Positions 53,003 through 62,712 of a stretch of DNA of 64,000 bases are shown one piece after another; position 1 is the stretch's first letter; each line of letters starts with the position of its first letter. The notes beneath the pieces were generated by a model, which was given only the letters and a program-made list of their open reading frames with translations, had not been told where the DNA came from and ran no database searches. The translations under genes and the position numbers were made by a program. The stretch is from the NCBI GenBank assembly GCA_965227515.1, contig CBDDFZ010000001.1:1088001-1152000 (forward strand), read 5' to 3'. Origin of the DNA: Alphaproteobacteria bacterium (GTDB lineage: Bacteria; Pseudomonadota; Alphaproteobacteria; CALKHQ01).

Positions 53003-53128
53003 CAGAGCATGATCATTTAAGTCGGCACCGGCCCTCTCCCCCACCCGGCCACCCACGTGAGTATCCTGCTGGGTGGCCGGGTGGGGGAGAGGGCTGGCGC
53101 AGATTCAGCGTAAGCTGATCCCGGTCTA
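53003..53128. repeat. MITE-like palindromic repeat, copy 3 (reverse orientation)
   Basis: CAGAGCATGATCATTTAAGTCGGCACC...GCGTAAGCTGATCCCGGTCTA. Confidence 0.88.
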
Positions 53129-53147
53129 AGCATAAGCGACCAATAAT

Positions 53148-53951
53148 CTATTCCGTATCCCGCCGCCGATAGACCAGCCAGTAGACCATCGCCACCAGCA
53201 CACCGCCGCCGATGATGTTGCCGGCGGTGACGACGGCGAGGTTGACGATCATCCCGCCGAAGTCGACTGCCTCCGCGCCGGACAGCCAACCCACCGGGAT
53301 CAGGAACATGTTGGCGACCGAGTGCTCGAAGCCGAGGGCGACGAAGCCGGCGATGGGAAATACGATGGCCAGGATCTTGTCGGTCACCGACCGGGCGGCG
53401 AAGCACAGCCACACCGCCAGGCAGACCAGCACGTTGCACAGGATGCCGCGGATCAGCATCTCGCCCAGCGGCAGCGCCACCTTGCCTTCGGCGATGGCGG
53501 CGGCAGTCGCCGCGACCCCGCCATCGGCCATGCCATAGATGCCGGACCAGTGGGCGAAGAACGCGGTGGCCACCGCGCCGATCAGGTTGCCCAGATAGAC
53601 CAGCCCCCAGTTGCGCAGCAGCCGGCCGGTGGAGATCAGCCGGTCGGCCCAGCCGAACACGATCAGGCTGTTGCCGGTGAACAGTTCGGCGCCACCGACA
53701 ATGACCAGGATCAGGCCGAGCGAGAACGCTGCACCGCCCAGCAAGCGGGCCGGCCCGAACCCCATGCCGCTGTCGGTGACCACCACCGTGTAGAGCATGG
53801 CGCCAAAGCCGATGAAGGCGCCGGCCAGAATGGCCAGCACCAGCGTCGGCACGGTGCCGAGCATGGATTTGGCGACGCCCGCCGTCTCCACCCGGCCGGC
53901 GATCTCAGCCGGCGTGTAGGCATCCCAACCGGTGTTCTGCGTCATGTCCAC
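53148..53951 (-). CDS. Formate/nitrite transporter (FNT) family
   Basis: LAGAFIGFG, GAELFTGN, GILCNVLVC, FEHSVANM, GNIIGG. Confidence 0.95.
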   Translation of the reverse strand: MDMTQNTGWDAYTPAEIAGRVETAGVAKSMLGTVPTLVLAILAGAFIGFGAMLYTVVVTDSGMGFGPARLLGGAAFSLGLILVIVGGAELFTGNSLIVFGWADRLISTGRLLRNWGLVYLGNLIGAVATAFFAHWSGIYGMADGGVAATAAAIAEGKVALPLGEMLIRGILCNVLVCLAVWLCFAARSVTDKILAIVFPIAGFVALGFEHSVANMFLIPVGWLSGAEAVDFGGMIVNLAVVTAGNIIGGGVLVAMVYWLVYRRRDTE

Positions 53952-54067
53952 GATCCTCTGCCAATACCCCTAGTGCATAGATAAGCACGGCATTGCCGGC
54001 GCGTAACCGGTCCAACAGTCGCGCAAGGCTGTGGCGAGTTGGCACGCGCAAGCCGATAATCGCGACC

Positions 54068-54787
54068 ATGGAATGGAGCGACGAGGCGGTGATTCTGTCG
54101 GCGCGGCGCCATGGCGAGGCAGCCCTGGTGGTGAACGTGCTGACGCCGAGCCAGGGCCGGCATGCCGGCCTGGTGCCGGGCGGCGCCGGCTCCAAGCGAC
54201 GCGCGACCTACCAGCCCGGCAATATCGTGCAGGCGCGCTGGCGGGCGCGGCTGGCGGATCATCTCGGCACCCTGACCTGCGAGCCGGTGACGACGCTGTC
54301 GGCGCTGTGCCTGGACGATGCGGAGCGGCTGACCGCGCTCACCGCCGTGTGTGCGCTGACCGAGGCCTGCCTGCCCGAGCGGCTGCCGATGCCTGAGCTG
54401 CACGACGCCGTCGTCGGCCTGTTGAGCGCCATTGCCGCCGATATCCCCGACTGGCGGGTGCGCTATGTGCGCTGGGAGCTTGGGCTGCTCGCCGCCTTGG
54501 GCTACGGCCTCGACCTCAGCGCCTGCGCTGTGACCGGGGAGACCGAGAACCTGGCCTATGTCTCGCCCCGCAGCGGGCGCGCGGTCAGCGAGGACGGGGC
54601 CGGGCCCTATCGCGAGCGCCTGTTGCCTCTGCCGGCCGTGCTGCTGGGTGGCGACAATGCGGAAACCGCCGACCTGGTGGCGGCGCTGACCACCACCGGC
54701 CATTTCCTGGAACGCCACGTGCTGAGCCTGATGGACAAGCCACTGCCCGACGCGCGCCACCGGCTCCTGACGCGTTGGCGGCAGTGA
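54068..54787 (+). CDS. recO: DNA repair protein RecO
   Basis: MEWSDEAVILSARRHGE, QPGN, CAVTG, YVSPRSGRAV. Confidence 0.96.
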   Translation: MEWSDEAVILSARRHGEAALVVNVLTPSQGRHAGLVPGGAGSKRRATYQPGNIVQARWRARLADHLGTLTCEPVTTLSALCLDDAERLTALTAVCALTEACLPERLPMPELHDAVVGLLSAIAADIPDWRVRYVRWELGLLAALGYGLDLSACAVTGETENLAYVSPRSGRAVSEDGAGPYRERLLPLPAVLLGGDNAETADLVAALTTTGHFLERHVLSLMDKPLPDARHRLLTRWRQ

Positions 54788-54802
54788 AGCCGACGTTGTG
54801 CT

Positions 54803-54823
54803 TGTACGGGTTTAATCCGTACA
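54803..54823. promoter_or_regulatory. Palindromic operator upstream of the TA pair
   Basis: TGTACGG-N7-CCGTACA. Confidence 0.65.
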
Positions 54824-54852
54824 CTACATTATGACGGGATTGGAGAGTTTCA

Positions 54853-55128
54853 ATGCCACGCAACGTTGCCGATAACCAGCGCCTGGAACTGCGCCTCAAG
54901 TCGTCTGAGAAGGCGCTGTTGGCGCGCGCAGCCGCTTTGCAGCGCCAGGACCTGACCGGCTTCATTCTCAGCTCCGTCCTGCCACGGGCTGAGCAAGTGT
55001 TGCGTGAGACAGAGACGCTGCCGCTGTCCGCCCGCGACAGCTTGCGCGTGCTCGAGCTGCTCGAAAATCCTCCCGAGCCGACCGATAGGCTGATCCGCGC
55101 GGCCGCTGCCGACAAACGGCTGGCGTGA
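54853..55128 (+). CDS. DUF1778 RHH antitoxin (TacA/AtaR-like)
   Basis: RLELRL...LARAAAL...LTGFIL...LSARD...LLENPPEP. Confidence 0.92.
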   Translation: MPRNVADNQRLELRLKSSEKALLARAAALQRQDLTGFILSSVLPRAEQVLRETETLPLSARDSLRVLELLENPPEPTDRLIRAAAADKRLA

Positions 55129-55658
55129 CTTCCGCGCAGTGGATCGAGGCGCCCATCGGCAAGCAACATGATCGGGCAAGCTTCGATTGCGGTACTGCCG
55201 AACTCAATGACTACCTGAAGCGGTTCGCACGCCAGAACCATCGCCTCGGCGGCGCCAAGACGTTCGTGGCGGTATTGCCGAATGAGACGAAGCGTGTCCT
55301 GGGTTTCTATTCCCTCAGCCCGGCTAGCCTGCAATACGAACGAACGCCTGACATTGTCCGCAAAGGCTTGGCACGGCACGACGTGCCCATGTTTCGTTTG
55401 GGCCGCCTGGCTGTCGATGTGAGGTGGCAGCGGCGGGGACTAGGCGGCCAACTCTTGATCGCTGCTGCGCAACGCTGCATGGCGGCTGCTGAGGAAGTCG
55501 GTGGGGTCGGTTTGTTGATCGATGCCAAGGATGACCGCGCTGCCGCTTGGTACGAGGGTTATGGCGCAGTCCGGCTGAACGATGAGCCGAACTGCCTGGT
55601 GATCGGATTTGCTACGATTCGCGCGGCAATCGAACGCGCGCGTTCACCGGGACTATAA
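55125..55658 (+). CDS. GNAT toxin (TacT/AtaT-like)
   Basis: HDRASFDCG..LNDYL, LGRLAVD..WQRRGLG, IDAKD..AAAWY..YG; overlaps antitoxin stop. Confidence 0.92.
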   Translation: MTSAQWIEAPIGKQHDRASFDCGTAELNDYLKRFARQNHRLGGAKTFVAVLPNETKRVLGFYSLSPASLQYERTPDIVRKGLARHDVPMFRLGRLAVDVRWQRRGLGGQLLIAAAQRCMAAAEEVGGVGLLIDAKDDRAAAWYEGYGAVRLNDEPNCLVIGFATIRAAIERARSPGL

Positions 55659-55662
55659 CATT

Positions 55663-56859
55663 CTAGGCCGTTTCCAGCGCCTTGACGCCGGGCAGGTCCT
55701 TGCCCTCCAGCCACTCCAGGAACGCGCCGCCGGCCGTCGACACATAGGTCATGTGCTGCTCGACGCCGGCATGGGCGAGGGCGGCCACCGTGTCGCCGCC
55801 GCCGGCGACGCTGGTCAGCGTGCCGCCGATGGTGGCATCGGCCACGGCCTGGGCGATGCGATTGGTCGCGACATCGAACGGCGGCACCTCGAACGCGCCC
55901 ACCGGCCCGTTCCACAGCACGGTGCGGCAGGCGGCGATGCGGGCGGCGATGTCCTCGGCCGCGCGTGGGCCGATATCCAGGATCATGGCGTCGCCGGGCA
56001 CCTGGCCGATGTCGACGATTTTGGTGTCCACGCCCTCGGCCAGGCTGGCGGCCACCACGGCGTCGACCGGCAGCACGATCTCGCAGCCGTTGGTCGTGGC
56101 CGTCTGCATGATCTGCCGCGCGGTATCGGCCAGGTCGCGCTCGCACAGCGAGGCGCCGACGTCGACACCCTGGGCGTGCAGGAACGTGTTGGCCATGCCG
56201 CCGCCGATGACAAGCTGGTCGACCTTGCCGCTGATGTTGCCCAGCACGTCGAGCTTGGTCGAGACCTTGGCGCCGCCGACAATCGCCATCGCCGGGCGGG
56301 CGGGGTTGCCGAGCGCGGATTCCAGAGCTTCCAGCTCGCCCTGCATGGCGCGGCCGGCCGCTGCCGGCAACAGGTGGGCGAGCCCCTCGGTCGACGCATG
56401 CGCCCGGTGCGCGGCAGAGAACGCGTCGTTGACGTAGAGGTCGCCTGACTGGGCAAGCGCCGCCGCGAAGGCCGGGTCGTTCTTCTCCTCGCCGGCGTGG
56501 AAGCGCAAATTCTCCAGCAGCAGAATGTCGCCGTCGCTCATATCCGCCACCGCTTCCGCCGCGACGGGACCGATGCAGTCGCGCGCGAAACCGACCGGTC
56601 GGCCGAGCGTTTCCGCCAACGCCTCGGCGACGGGGGCCAGCGACATATCGTCGACCCGCGCGCCTTTCGGCCGCCCGAAATGGGCCAGCAGGATGACGCG
56701 GGCGCCACGGTCGGCAAGGTCGGCCAGGGTTGGCACCACCCGCTCCAGCCGCGTGCGGTCGCCAACCACGCCGTCTTTCATCGGGACGTTCAGGTCCACC
56801 CGCACCAGCACGCGCTTGCCGGCGACATCCAGATCGTCCAGGGTTCGAAATCCGGCCAT
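55663..56859 (-). CDS. pgk: Phosphoglycerate kinase
   Basis: [48 protein letters not shown]. Confidence 0.98.
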   Translation of the reverse strand: MAGFRTLDDLDVAGKRVLVRVDLNVPMKDGVVGDRTRLERVVPTLADLADRGARVILLAHFGRPKGARVDDMSLAPVAEALAETLGRPVGFARDCIGPVAAEAVADMSDGDILLLENLRFHAGEEKNDPAFAAALAQSGDLYVNDAFSAAHRAHASTEGLAHLLPAAAGRAMQGELEALESALGNPARPAMAIVGGAKVSTKLDVLGNISGKVDQLVIGGGMANTFLHAQGVDVGASLCERDLADTARQIMQTATTNGCEIVLPVDAVVAASLAEGVDTKIVDIGQVPGDAMILDIGPRAAEDIAARIAACRTVLWNGPVGAFEVPPFDVATNRIAQAVADATIGGTLTSVAGGGDTVAALAHAGVEQHMTYVSTAGGAFLEWLEGKDLPGVKALETA

Positions 56860-57008
56860 GGTCGAAGTCCTCCTGTGGAGTCAACGCTAACGCCGTTGTC
56901 GGGTTGCAGGCGGCGGACGTCAACTAGCGCGTATCGCCGCATGGTCATGGCGGCGTCATATTCCCATGTTGAGTGGCAGGTGTGAGCGCATCAGCGACAG
57001 AGGCACAT

Positions 57009-58082
57009 ATGTCCGACGCCATGGCCATCGATGCTCGGGATGACGGCACCAGGGGCCCGGCGGGCCCTTCGATCGGCCAGCTCGCGCGTTTCGCCTGGTT
57101 CTACGGCTCGTACCGGCTGGCCGAGCGCCGCGTGGAGAAGGTGGCGCTGCCCGATGAGCTGAGGGGCCGTATGCCGGACCGCAAGGCGCTGGTGGGCTCG
57201 CTGTTCGACCTGCTGCGCCAGGACCACGCCAACATCGCCAATGGCGTCTATCCGGCGCCGGCCGACTGGGCCCCGCGCCCGCTCTCCTGGCTGGGCAAGG
57301 CGCGCGCCTTCTTCGGCGACTTGGCGGCGGTCGACGCGCGCCGCCACGCGCCGGCCGGCAACCGCGAGGTGCTGGCGGCGGACCCGGCAGTGGTGGACGG
57401 CTATCCGCGCTACTACGCACAGAACTTCCACTACCAGACAGACGGCTACCTGAGCGACAAGTCGGCCAGCCTCTACGATTATCAGGTCGAGGTGCTGTTC
57501 ACCGGCGGGGCCGACGCGATGCGGCGGATGGCGATTCCGCCGCTGGTCGACGCCTTCGCGCGCACGGCCAAGCGTTCGCCGAGCATTCTGGACCTGGCCT
57601 GCGGCACCGCGCGCACCGGACAATTCCTCAAGGACCGCTGGCCGCGCGCCCGGCTGACGGCGATGGACTTGAGCCCGTTCTACCTGGCCGAGGCGCGGCG
57701 CCAACTCAGGCGGCGCAGCCGGGTCGAGTTCGTCTGCGCCAATGGCGAGGCGATCCCGCTGCCCGACGATGCCATGGACGCGGTGGTGTGCGTGTTCACC
57801 TTCCACGAGCTGCCGCCGAAGATCCGCCCGATCGTGGCGGCTGAGATGGCGCGAGTGGTGCGGCCCGGCGGGCGGGTGGTGCTGGTGGATTCGCTGCAGC
57901 GCGGCGACGTGCCGGACTTCGATGCCCTGCTGGAATTCTTCCCCATCGCCTATCACGAGCCCTACTTCACCAGCTATCTGGACGAGGACCTTGAGCGCCT
58001 GTTCCGCCAGGCCGGTCTGCTGCCGCGACGGGTCGAGACGGCCTATCTGGCCAAGGTCTGCGTGTTCGACAAGGCGGGTTAG
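57009..58082 (+). CDS. Class I SAM-dependent methyltransferase
   Basis: YPRYYAQNFHYQTDG, LDLACGT, FTFHELP, RVVRPGG, YHEPY. Confidence 0.9.
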   Translation: MSDAMAIDARDDGTRGPAGPSIGQLARFAWFYGSYRLAERRVEKVALPDELRGRMPDRKALVGSLFDLLRQDHANIANGVYPAPADWAPRPLSWLGKARAFFGDLAAVDARRHAPAGNREVLAADPAVVDGYPRYYAQNFHYQTDGYLSDKSASLYDYQVEVLFTGGADAMRRMAIPPLVDAFARTAKRSPSILDLACGTARTGQFLKDRWPRARLTAMDLSPFYLAEARRQLRRRSRVEFVCANGEAIPLPDDAMDAVVCVFTFHELPPKIRPIVAAEMARVVRPGGRVVLVDSLQRGDVPDFDALLEFFPIAYHEPYFTSYLDEDLERLFRQAGLLPRRVETAYLAKVCVFDKAG

Positions 58083-61000
58083 TTTTCCCCCTCTCCGTCC
58101 GCGTCACCGTCGGGGCAGACAAACACAGCGCCATTGTCGTCAAAGCCGACCACGTCGCAGAGTTCGTATTCCTCGACGTCGTAGGCGGGCAACGGCTCGC
58201 GGCCGGCGAGGCCGGGCCGGTCCCAGTCCACGAACTGCAGCGTCACCTCGAATTCCGCGACCGTGCCGTCGCGATCCAGGATGTAGGCAACCACCCTGAG
58301 CGGCCCGACGTCCGGACGGTCGACGGTGAAGGTGAACAGGCCGGTCTCCAGATCGGGCCGGACAATCGCGCTTTGCGTGACACCTCCGGAGCCCAGGCTC
58401 GGACCCGAGGCGAGATAGGGCGCGTCGACCGTCAGCGTTGCGGACGCATCGGTCTCCACCACCAGCGTGTGGTCGCCCGACGGCCAGTCGAAGTCGGCGC
58501 CCTCGGGCAGCCGCAGCGACCCGGTGACGACGATGCCGCCGCTGCCGACCTCGGCGACCTCGGGCAAAGGCGCCAGCAACAGGCCGAAGGTGTCGCTGTT
58601 GTCGACCCCGACCACGGTCAGGATCAGCGGCTCCGGCGCGCCGGGGGTGGAGATCACGATGGTCTGGCTGCCCTCGGCCGGGTGCCAGGCAGCCGGCAGC
58701 TCGCCGTCGCCCCATCGCGCGATGCCGTCGTCGCCGCTGATCGGCCGTGCGCCGATCAGGCCGACCTCGCCATTGCCCTCGACCGACAGGCGCAGGGCCA
58801 CGTCCGCGCGCGGTGCGCCGTCGTCGTCGGGCGCGGAGGATACCACCATCACCTCGATGGGGATGGGGGTGTCGGCATGGATATCGACATCCTCGATCCG
58901 GTAGCTGCCATCGGGCTGCAGATAGCCGGCCATGCCGGGCCCGAACGCCAATTCGATGTCGGTCGGGTGGTCGGTGAAACGGACCGGCGCCTGCCCCAGT
59001 GCGTCACCCCACATGGCATAGCGCCCGCCGGCGCCGACGAACCGGATCGCGACGTCGCCCGGATACTCGCTCGCGGCGAAGACGGTGAAGCGCCCGTCTT
59101 CGTCCGGCGCCACCACGACCGCGATATCGCCGCCGAGAGTGCCCGCCGTGTCGGACAGGGTGGCTAGACCGTCGGTGATCGCGCGAATGCCGTGCAGATC
59201 CTCATCCCAGCCGATCGGCGCGGCCTGGCCGATCTCGCCGTCGCGATTGGCGACCCTGCGCAGAAGCTGGGCGTGCAACTCGATCTGCTCGGCGCTGGCA
59301 GCCATCGCCTCGGCGCTCGCCGGCACGATCCGGCGCACCTCGACCACATAGTCGTAGGTCTCGATCTCGCCGGGCCGCTCGGCGCGCTCACCGTGGGCCA
59401 CGGTCAGCAGGAACGGCGTGATGGCCGGCTCTGCCGGGGTGGCAAACGCGATCCACGCAATACCGTGGCTGTCGGTGACGGTTTCGGGCGCGCCGCCCGC
59501 CGGGCCGTCCCATTCGACCTCCACCGTGGCACCGCTGACCGGCAGCCACGCGCCACCGACCAGGGCCACTACCTCGACCTCGCCGGCCATCTCGGTGCCG
59601 GCAAGGACCGTGAAGTCGCGGTGCGGATTGTCCTCGTCGTAGGTATCGGCCGGCTGCAGGCTGGCCAGCTCCACCCGCCAGGCCGCCCCAGCAGGCACCT
59701 GGTCGGCCGGGATCGCATGGGCGACCAGCACCGCGTGCGGCCCGGAGGCGCGGGCCTGGCGCCAACCGTCGGGCGTCGTATATGGGCCAAGCTCGTCGGC
59801 CGGCGCCGCGCCGGCCGCGGTCATCATCTCGTCCAGCACGTTCTCGGCATCCAGCAGGTCGTCGACATCGTGCTCCTGGCCGGAAACCGCCGGCTCGCGG
59901 CTGATGCGGATATTGCGCGGGGTGCCGTCGCTGGCCTCGGTGAACTGGATCAGGATGTTGTCGGTGGGGGCGTCGGCGCCGGGCGGCGTGCACGTCACCA
60001 CGACAGAGGCCTTGCCGGTCACCGTCCATTGCAGGCCGGCGACCTGCAGCCGATGGCCGTCGATCACCACGTCGTCGGAAAGCTGCAGGAAGTACGCCGG
60101 GCTCAGGCCCATGCGGTCGAGTTGGGCGCGGTACTCCAGCAGCACCCGATCCAGAAGTTCCGCCAGTTTCTCCTGCGCCAGTGCATTGCCGGCCCAGTTG
60201 CCCGCGTTGATCTCCTGGGTCGCCAACCAGCGGGCGAAGTTGTTCATTTCCTGCGACGCACTGGTGTGGTCGAGCCACTGGTGCATGCGCAGGGACACGT
60301 TCGACAGCGCGCGATGGAAGCTGACGTCGAGCACGCCGTTGGTGAAGGCGGAGAACAGGTTGGAGCGCCAGTTCTGCGTCACCGGAAAGCCGCGGATGAA
60401 GTTGCCGGTGAACGACTTCACCATGTTCACGCCGACGCTGATGATGAACTGCTTGGCGAGCGCGCGCACGCTGCTGACACTGGCCGTGCCGCCGGTCAGG
60501 ACGGTTGCCGCGCCGTCGATGACGAGGCCGACGCCGACCGCGCCCGCTTCCTGCAGGAAGTCGACCACCATGCCGGCTGCCCGGTGCCCGCCGAAGTAAC
60601 GGCTGGCGGCGGCCTCGCAGGCGTTCTCGCCATCCAGCGCGTTGCTGAGGTTGTAGGACAGGATCGCATCTATCTGGCCGTCGTCATCCACGAACGGCGA
60701 CCCGTGGATCGGCTCGGCAACCGGGCGATAGAGCGGGATCAGGGCGAAGTTCGTCGCCGTGTCTGCCGGCGGGAAGACCGTGGCGCTGTAAAGCGCGATG
60801 CCGCCGCCCAGGTCGCGAGCGGTCATGTCGGTCTCGCTGCCGCCATGGACCAGCAGCATCCGGAAGTCGTCGACGTTGTCGGCGCGCACCTCGGCTTCCA
60901 CGCTCACCGCGCCGCTGCCGCCCTCCGGCAGCGGGATCACCAACGGCTCGGCCGTGCCGGCATAGGGCGCGACGGAGTGGGACAGTCCGCCGCCGCTGAT

Positions 61001-61156
61001 GCCGATCCGAAGAATGTCGATGGTCGGCGCCTGTTCGACGATGGACGACTGGGCAGCCGCGGGGCCGATGCCGGCCAGCACCCCGGCCAGTACCCAGGCG
61101 AGCAATGCCAGTGCCGCGCAAATGCCCGCTGTCCCGGTGCGATTCGCTGCCCTCAT
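58079..61156 (-). CDS. Large (1025 aa) exported acidic hypothetical protein with probable beta-sandwich domains
   Basis: Signal peptide (..GPAAA-Q), beta-rich segments with TDxxG motifs, helical middle; uninterrupted coding-like frame. Confidence 0.8.
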   Translation of the reverse strand: MRAANRTGTAGICAALALLAWVLAGVLAGIGPAAAQSSIVEQAPTIDILRIGISGGGLSHSVAPYAGTAEPLVIPLPEGGSGAVSVEAEVRADNVDDFRMLLVHGGSETDMTARDLGGGIALYSATVFPPADTATNFALIPLYRPVAEPIHGSPFVDDDGQIDAILSYNLSNALDGENACEAAASRYFGGHRAAGMVVDFLQEAGAVGVGLVIDGAATVLTGGTASVSSVRALAKQFIISVGVNMVKSFTGNFIRGFPVTQNWRSNLFSAFTNGVLDVSFHRALSNVSLRMHQWLDHTSASQEMNNFARWLATQEINAGNWAGNALAQEKLAELLDRVLLEYRAQLDRMGLSPAYFLQLSDDVVIDGHRLQVAGLQWTVTGKASVVVTCTPPGADAPTDNILIQFTEASDGTPRNIRISREPAVSGQEHDVDDLLDAENVLDEMMTAAGAAPADELGPYTTPDGWRQARASGPHAVLVAHAIPADQVPAGAAWRVELASLQPADTYDEDNPHRDFTVLAGTEMAGEVEVVALVGGAWLPVSGATVEVEWDGPAGGAPETVTDSHGIAWIAFATPAEPAITPFLLTVAHGERAERPGEIETYDYVVEVRRIVPASAEAMAASAEQIELHAQLLRRVANRDGEIGQAAPIGWDEDLHGIRAITDGLATLSDTAGTLGGDIAVVVAPDEDGRFTVFAASEYPGDVAIRFVGAGGRYAMWGDALGQAPVRFTDHPTDIELAFGPGMAGYLQPDGSYRIEDVDIHADTPIPIEVMVVSSAPDDDGAPRADVALRLSVEGNGEVGLIGARPISGDDGIARWGDGELPAAWHPAEGSQTIVISTPGAPEPLILTVVGVDNSDTFGLLLAPLPEVAEVGSGGIVVTGSLRLPEGADFDWPSGDHTLVVETDASATLTVDAPYLASGPSLGSGGVTQSAIVRPDLETGLFTFTVDRPDVGPLRVVAYILDRDGTVAEFEVTLQFVDWDRPGLAGREPLPAYDVEEYELCDVVGFDDNGAVFVCPDGDADGEGEN

Positions 61157-61343
61157 GTCCGCCGCTCCCCTGCCAACTGTGACGCGAATTTGTCACGCGG
61201 GCGAGCATATGCGCCAACTATGGCAATTTGGCGTGGCTTGAGGGGTATTACCGGCAATTGGGTTGTTCGCCCGTTCCCGAAGTTGATAGTTTCGGCCCGA
61301 CTCCAAGGCATAGCGCAGCAGGGGATAATGGCGGGGCCGAACC

Positions 61344-62543
61344 GTGGGTGATGCAACCGTTGATGATGCAGCGGGGGATTTGCAACTCTCGGTCCTGGAG
61401 CGCGCCGAAGAACTGGAGGCAATCCAGCCGGACTGGCAGGCGCTCTATCGGGCGATGCCCGACCGCAAGTTCCACCAGGATCCCTATTGGGCCCGGCGTA
61501 TGTGGGCGCGGGTGGAAGAGCGCAGCGACCGCACGCCGCTCGTCATCGTCGGGCGGGTCGCGGGGCAGATCCGGCTGATCTGGCCGCTGGTCATGTATCG
61601 CCGCCGGTTCTGGCGGGTGACCCAGGCGCTGTCGGAGGAACTGGTCGATTTCGACGCCATTGTCGTGGCGCCGGAACCGCAGGCCGACGCGTGGTGCCGC
61701 GCCGCCTGGGCCAAGATGATCCAGATCACCCGGCCGGACATGGTGGTGTGCCGCCGGATGCCGGCAGGCTCGGCGATGGACCGGCTGGTCGGCCAGGACC
61801 GCTGGCGGTGGGAGAAGCCGTCATGCTCCCCCTATGTCGACCTGACCAGGTACGCCGGCTGGGACGACTACTACGCCCAGCTCAGCAAGAAGACCCGCAG
61901 CACCATTCGCAACCGCCGCAACCGGCTGGCCAGGTTCGGCGCCGTCCGGTTCGACGCGGTCGACGACGCGGCGGAGGCCGAGCGGCTGATCGGCTGGATG
62001 TTCGATGAGAAGCTGCGCCGGCTGGGCACCCGCGGCGAGGCGGTCAAGGACCGCATGACCCATGCCCAGTTCAGCCACGACGCACCGTTCCTGAGCGATG
62101 TCACCACCCAGGGGTTCCGCGACGGCCAGGTCGTCGTGTTCGGCCTCTATGCCGATGAGGATATCGTGGCGGTGATGACCGGTTTCGTCGTCGGCAAGTG
62201 CCTGGTTGGCTGGCTGTTCGGCTATGACGGGCGGTTCATGCCGGGCGCGCCGGGCCGCACCCTGGTGCTGGAAACCATCAAGTGGGCGCAGGCGGGCGGC
62301 ATGGAGACGGTCGACTTCATGCCCGAGCCCGAGGACTACAAGTGGGAGTGGACGGAACTGTCCTATGGCGTGCGCGACGTGCGCATCCCCACCACGCTGT
62401 GGGGGCGGTCGCTGGTCGCCTGGCACCGCAGCTCGTTCCGCGACATGGCCAAGGCCGCCTACCTGAAGATGCCGCGCAACCTGCAGGCGCTGGTGCGCCG
62501 CTCGTCGATGCGCACGGCGGGGACAAAGGACGGCCGGAGCTAG
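61344..62543 (+). CDS. GNAT family protein, CelD/BcsL-like
   Basis: FHQDPYW, WDDYYAQLSKKTRSTIRNRRNRL, APGRTL, DF..EPEDYK. Confidence 0.88.
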   Translation: MGDATVDDAAGDLQLSVLERAEELEAIQPDWQALYRAMPDRKFHQDPYWARRMWARVEERSDRTPLVIVGRVAGQIRLIWPLVMYRRRFWRVTQALSEELVDFDAIVVAPEPQADAWCRAAWAKMIQITRPDMVVCRRMPAGSAMDRLVGQDRWRWEKPSCSPYVDLTRYAGWDDYYAQLSKKTRSTIRNRRNRLARFGAVRFDAVDDAAEAERLIGWMFDEKLRRLGTRGEAVKDRMTHAQFSHDAPFLSDVTTQGFRDGQVVVFGLYADEDIVAVMTGFVVGKCLVGWLFGYDGRFMPGAPGRTLVLETIKWAQAGGMETVDFMPEPEDYKWEWTELSYGVRDVRIPTTLWGRSLVAWHRSSFRDMAKAAYLKMPRNLQALVRRSSMRTAGTKDGRS

Positions 62544-62565
62544 GCGCCCTTTGGTGCATTAGATG

Positions 62566-62703
62566 CCCTCACCCTCCCAGCCTGCGGCTGGGCCCCTCCC
62601 TCTCCCAAGCTGGGAGAGGGGATTCGACCGCGCCTTTTCACCCTCTCCCGCGAAGTGGGAGAGGGAGGGACCCGGTCGGCGTAGCCGGACGGGAGGGTGA
62701 GGG
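62566..62703. repeat. Palindromic REP-like element (CCCTCACCC...GGGTGAGGG type), second copy
   Basis: Same architecture as 27799-27929, between convergent genes. Confidence 0.85.
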
Positions 62704-62712
62704 TCCGTAACG

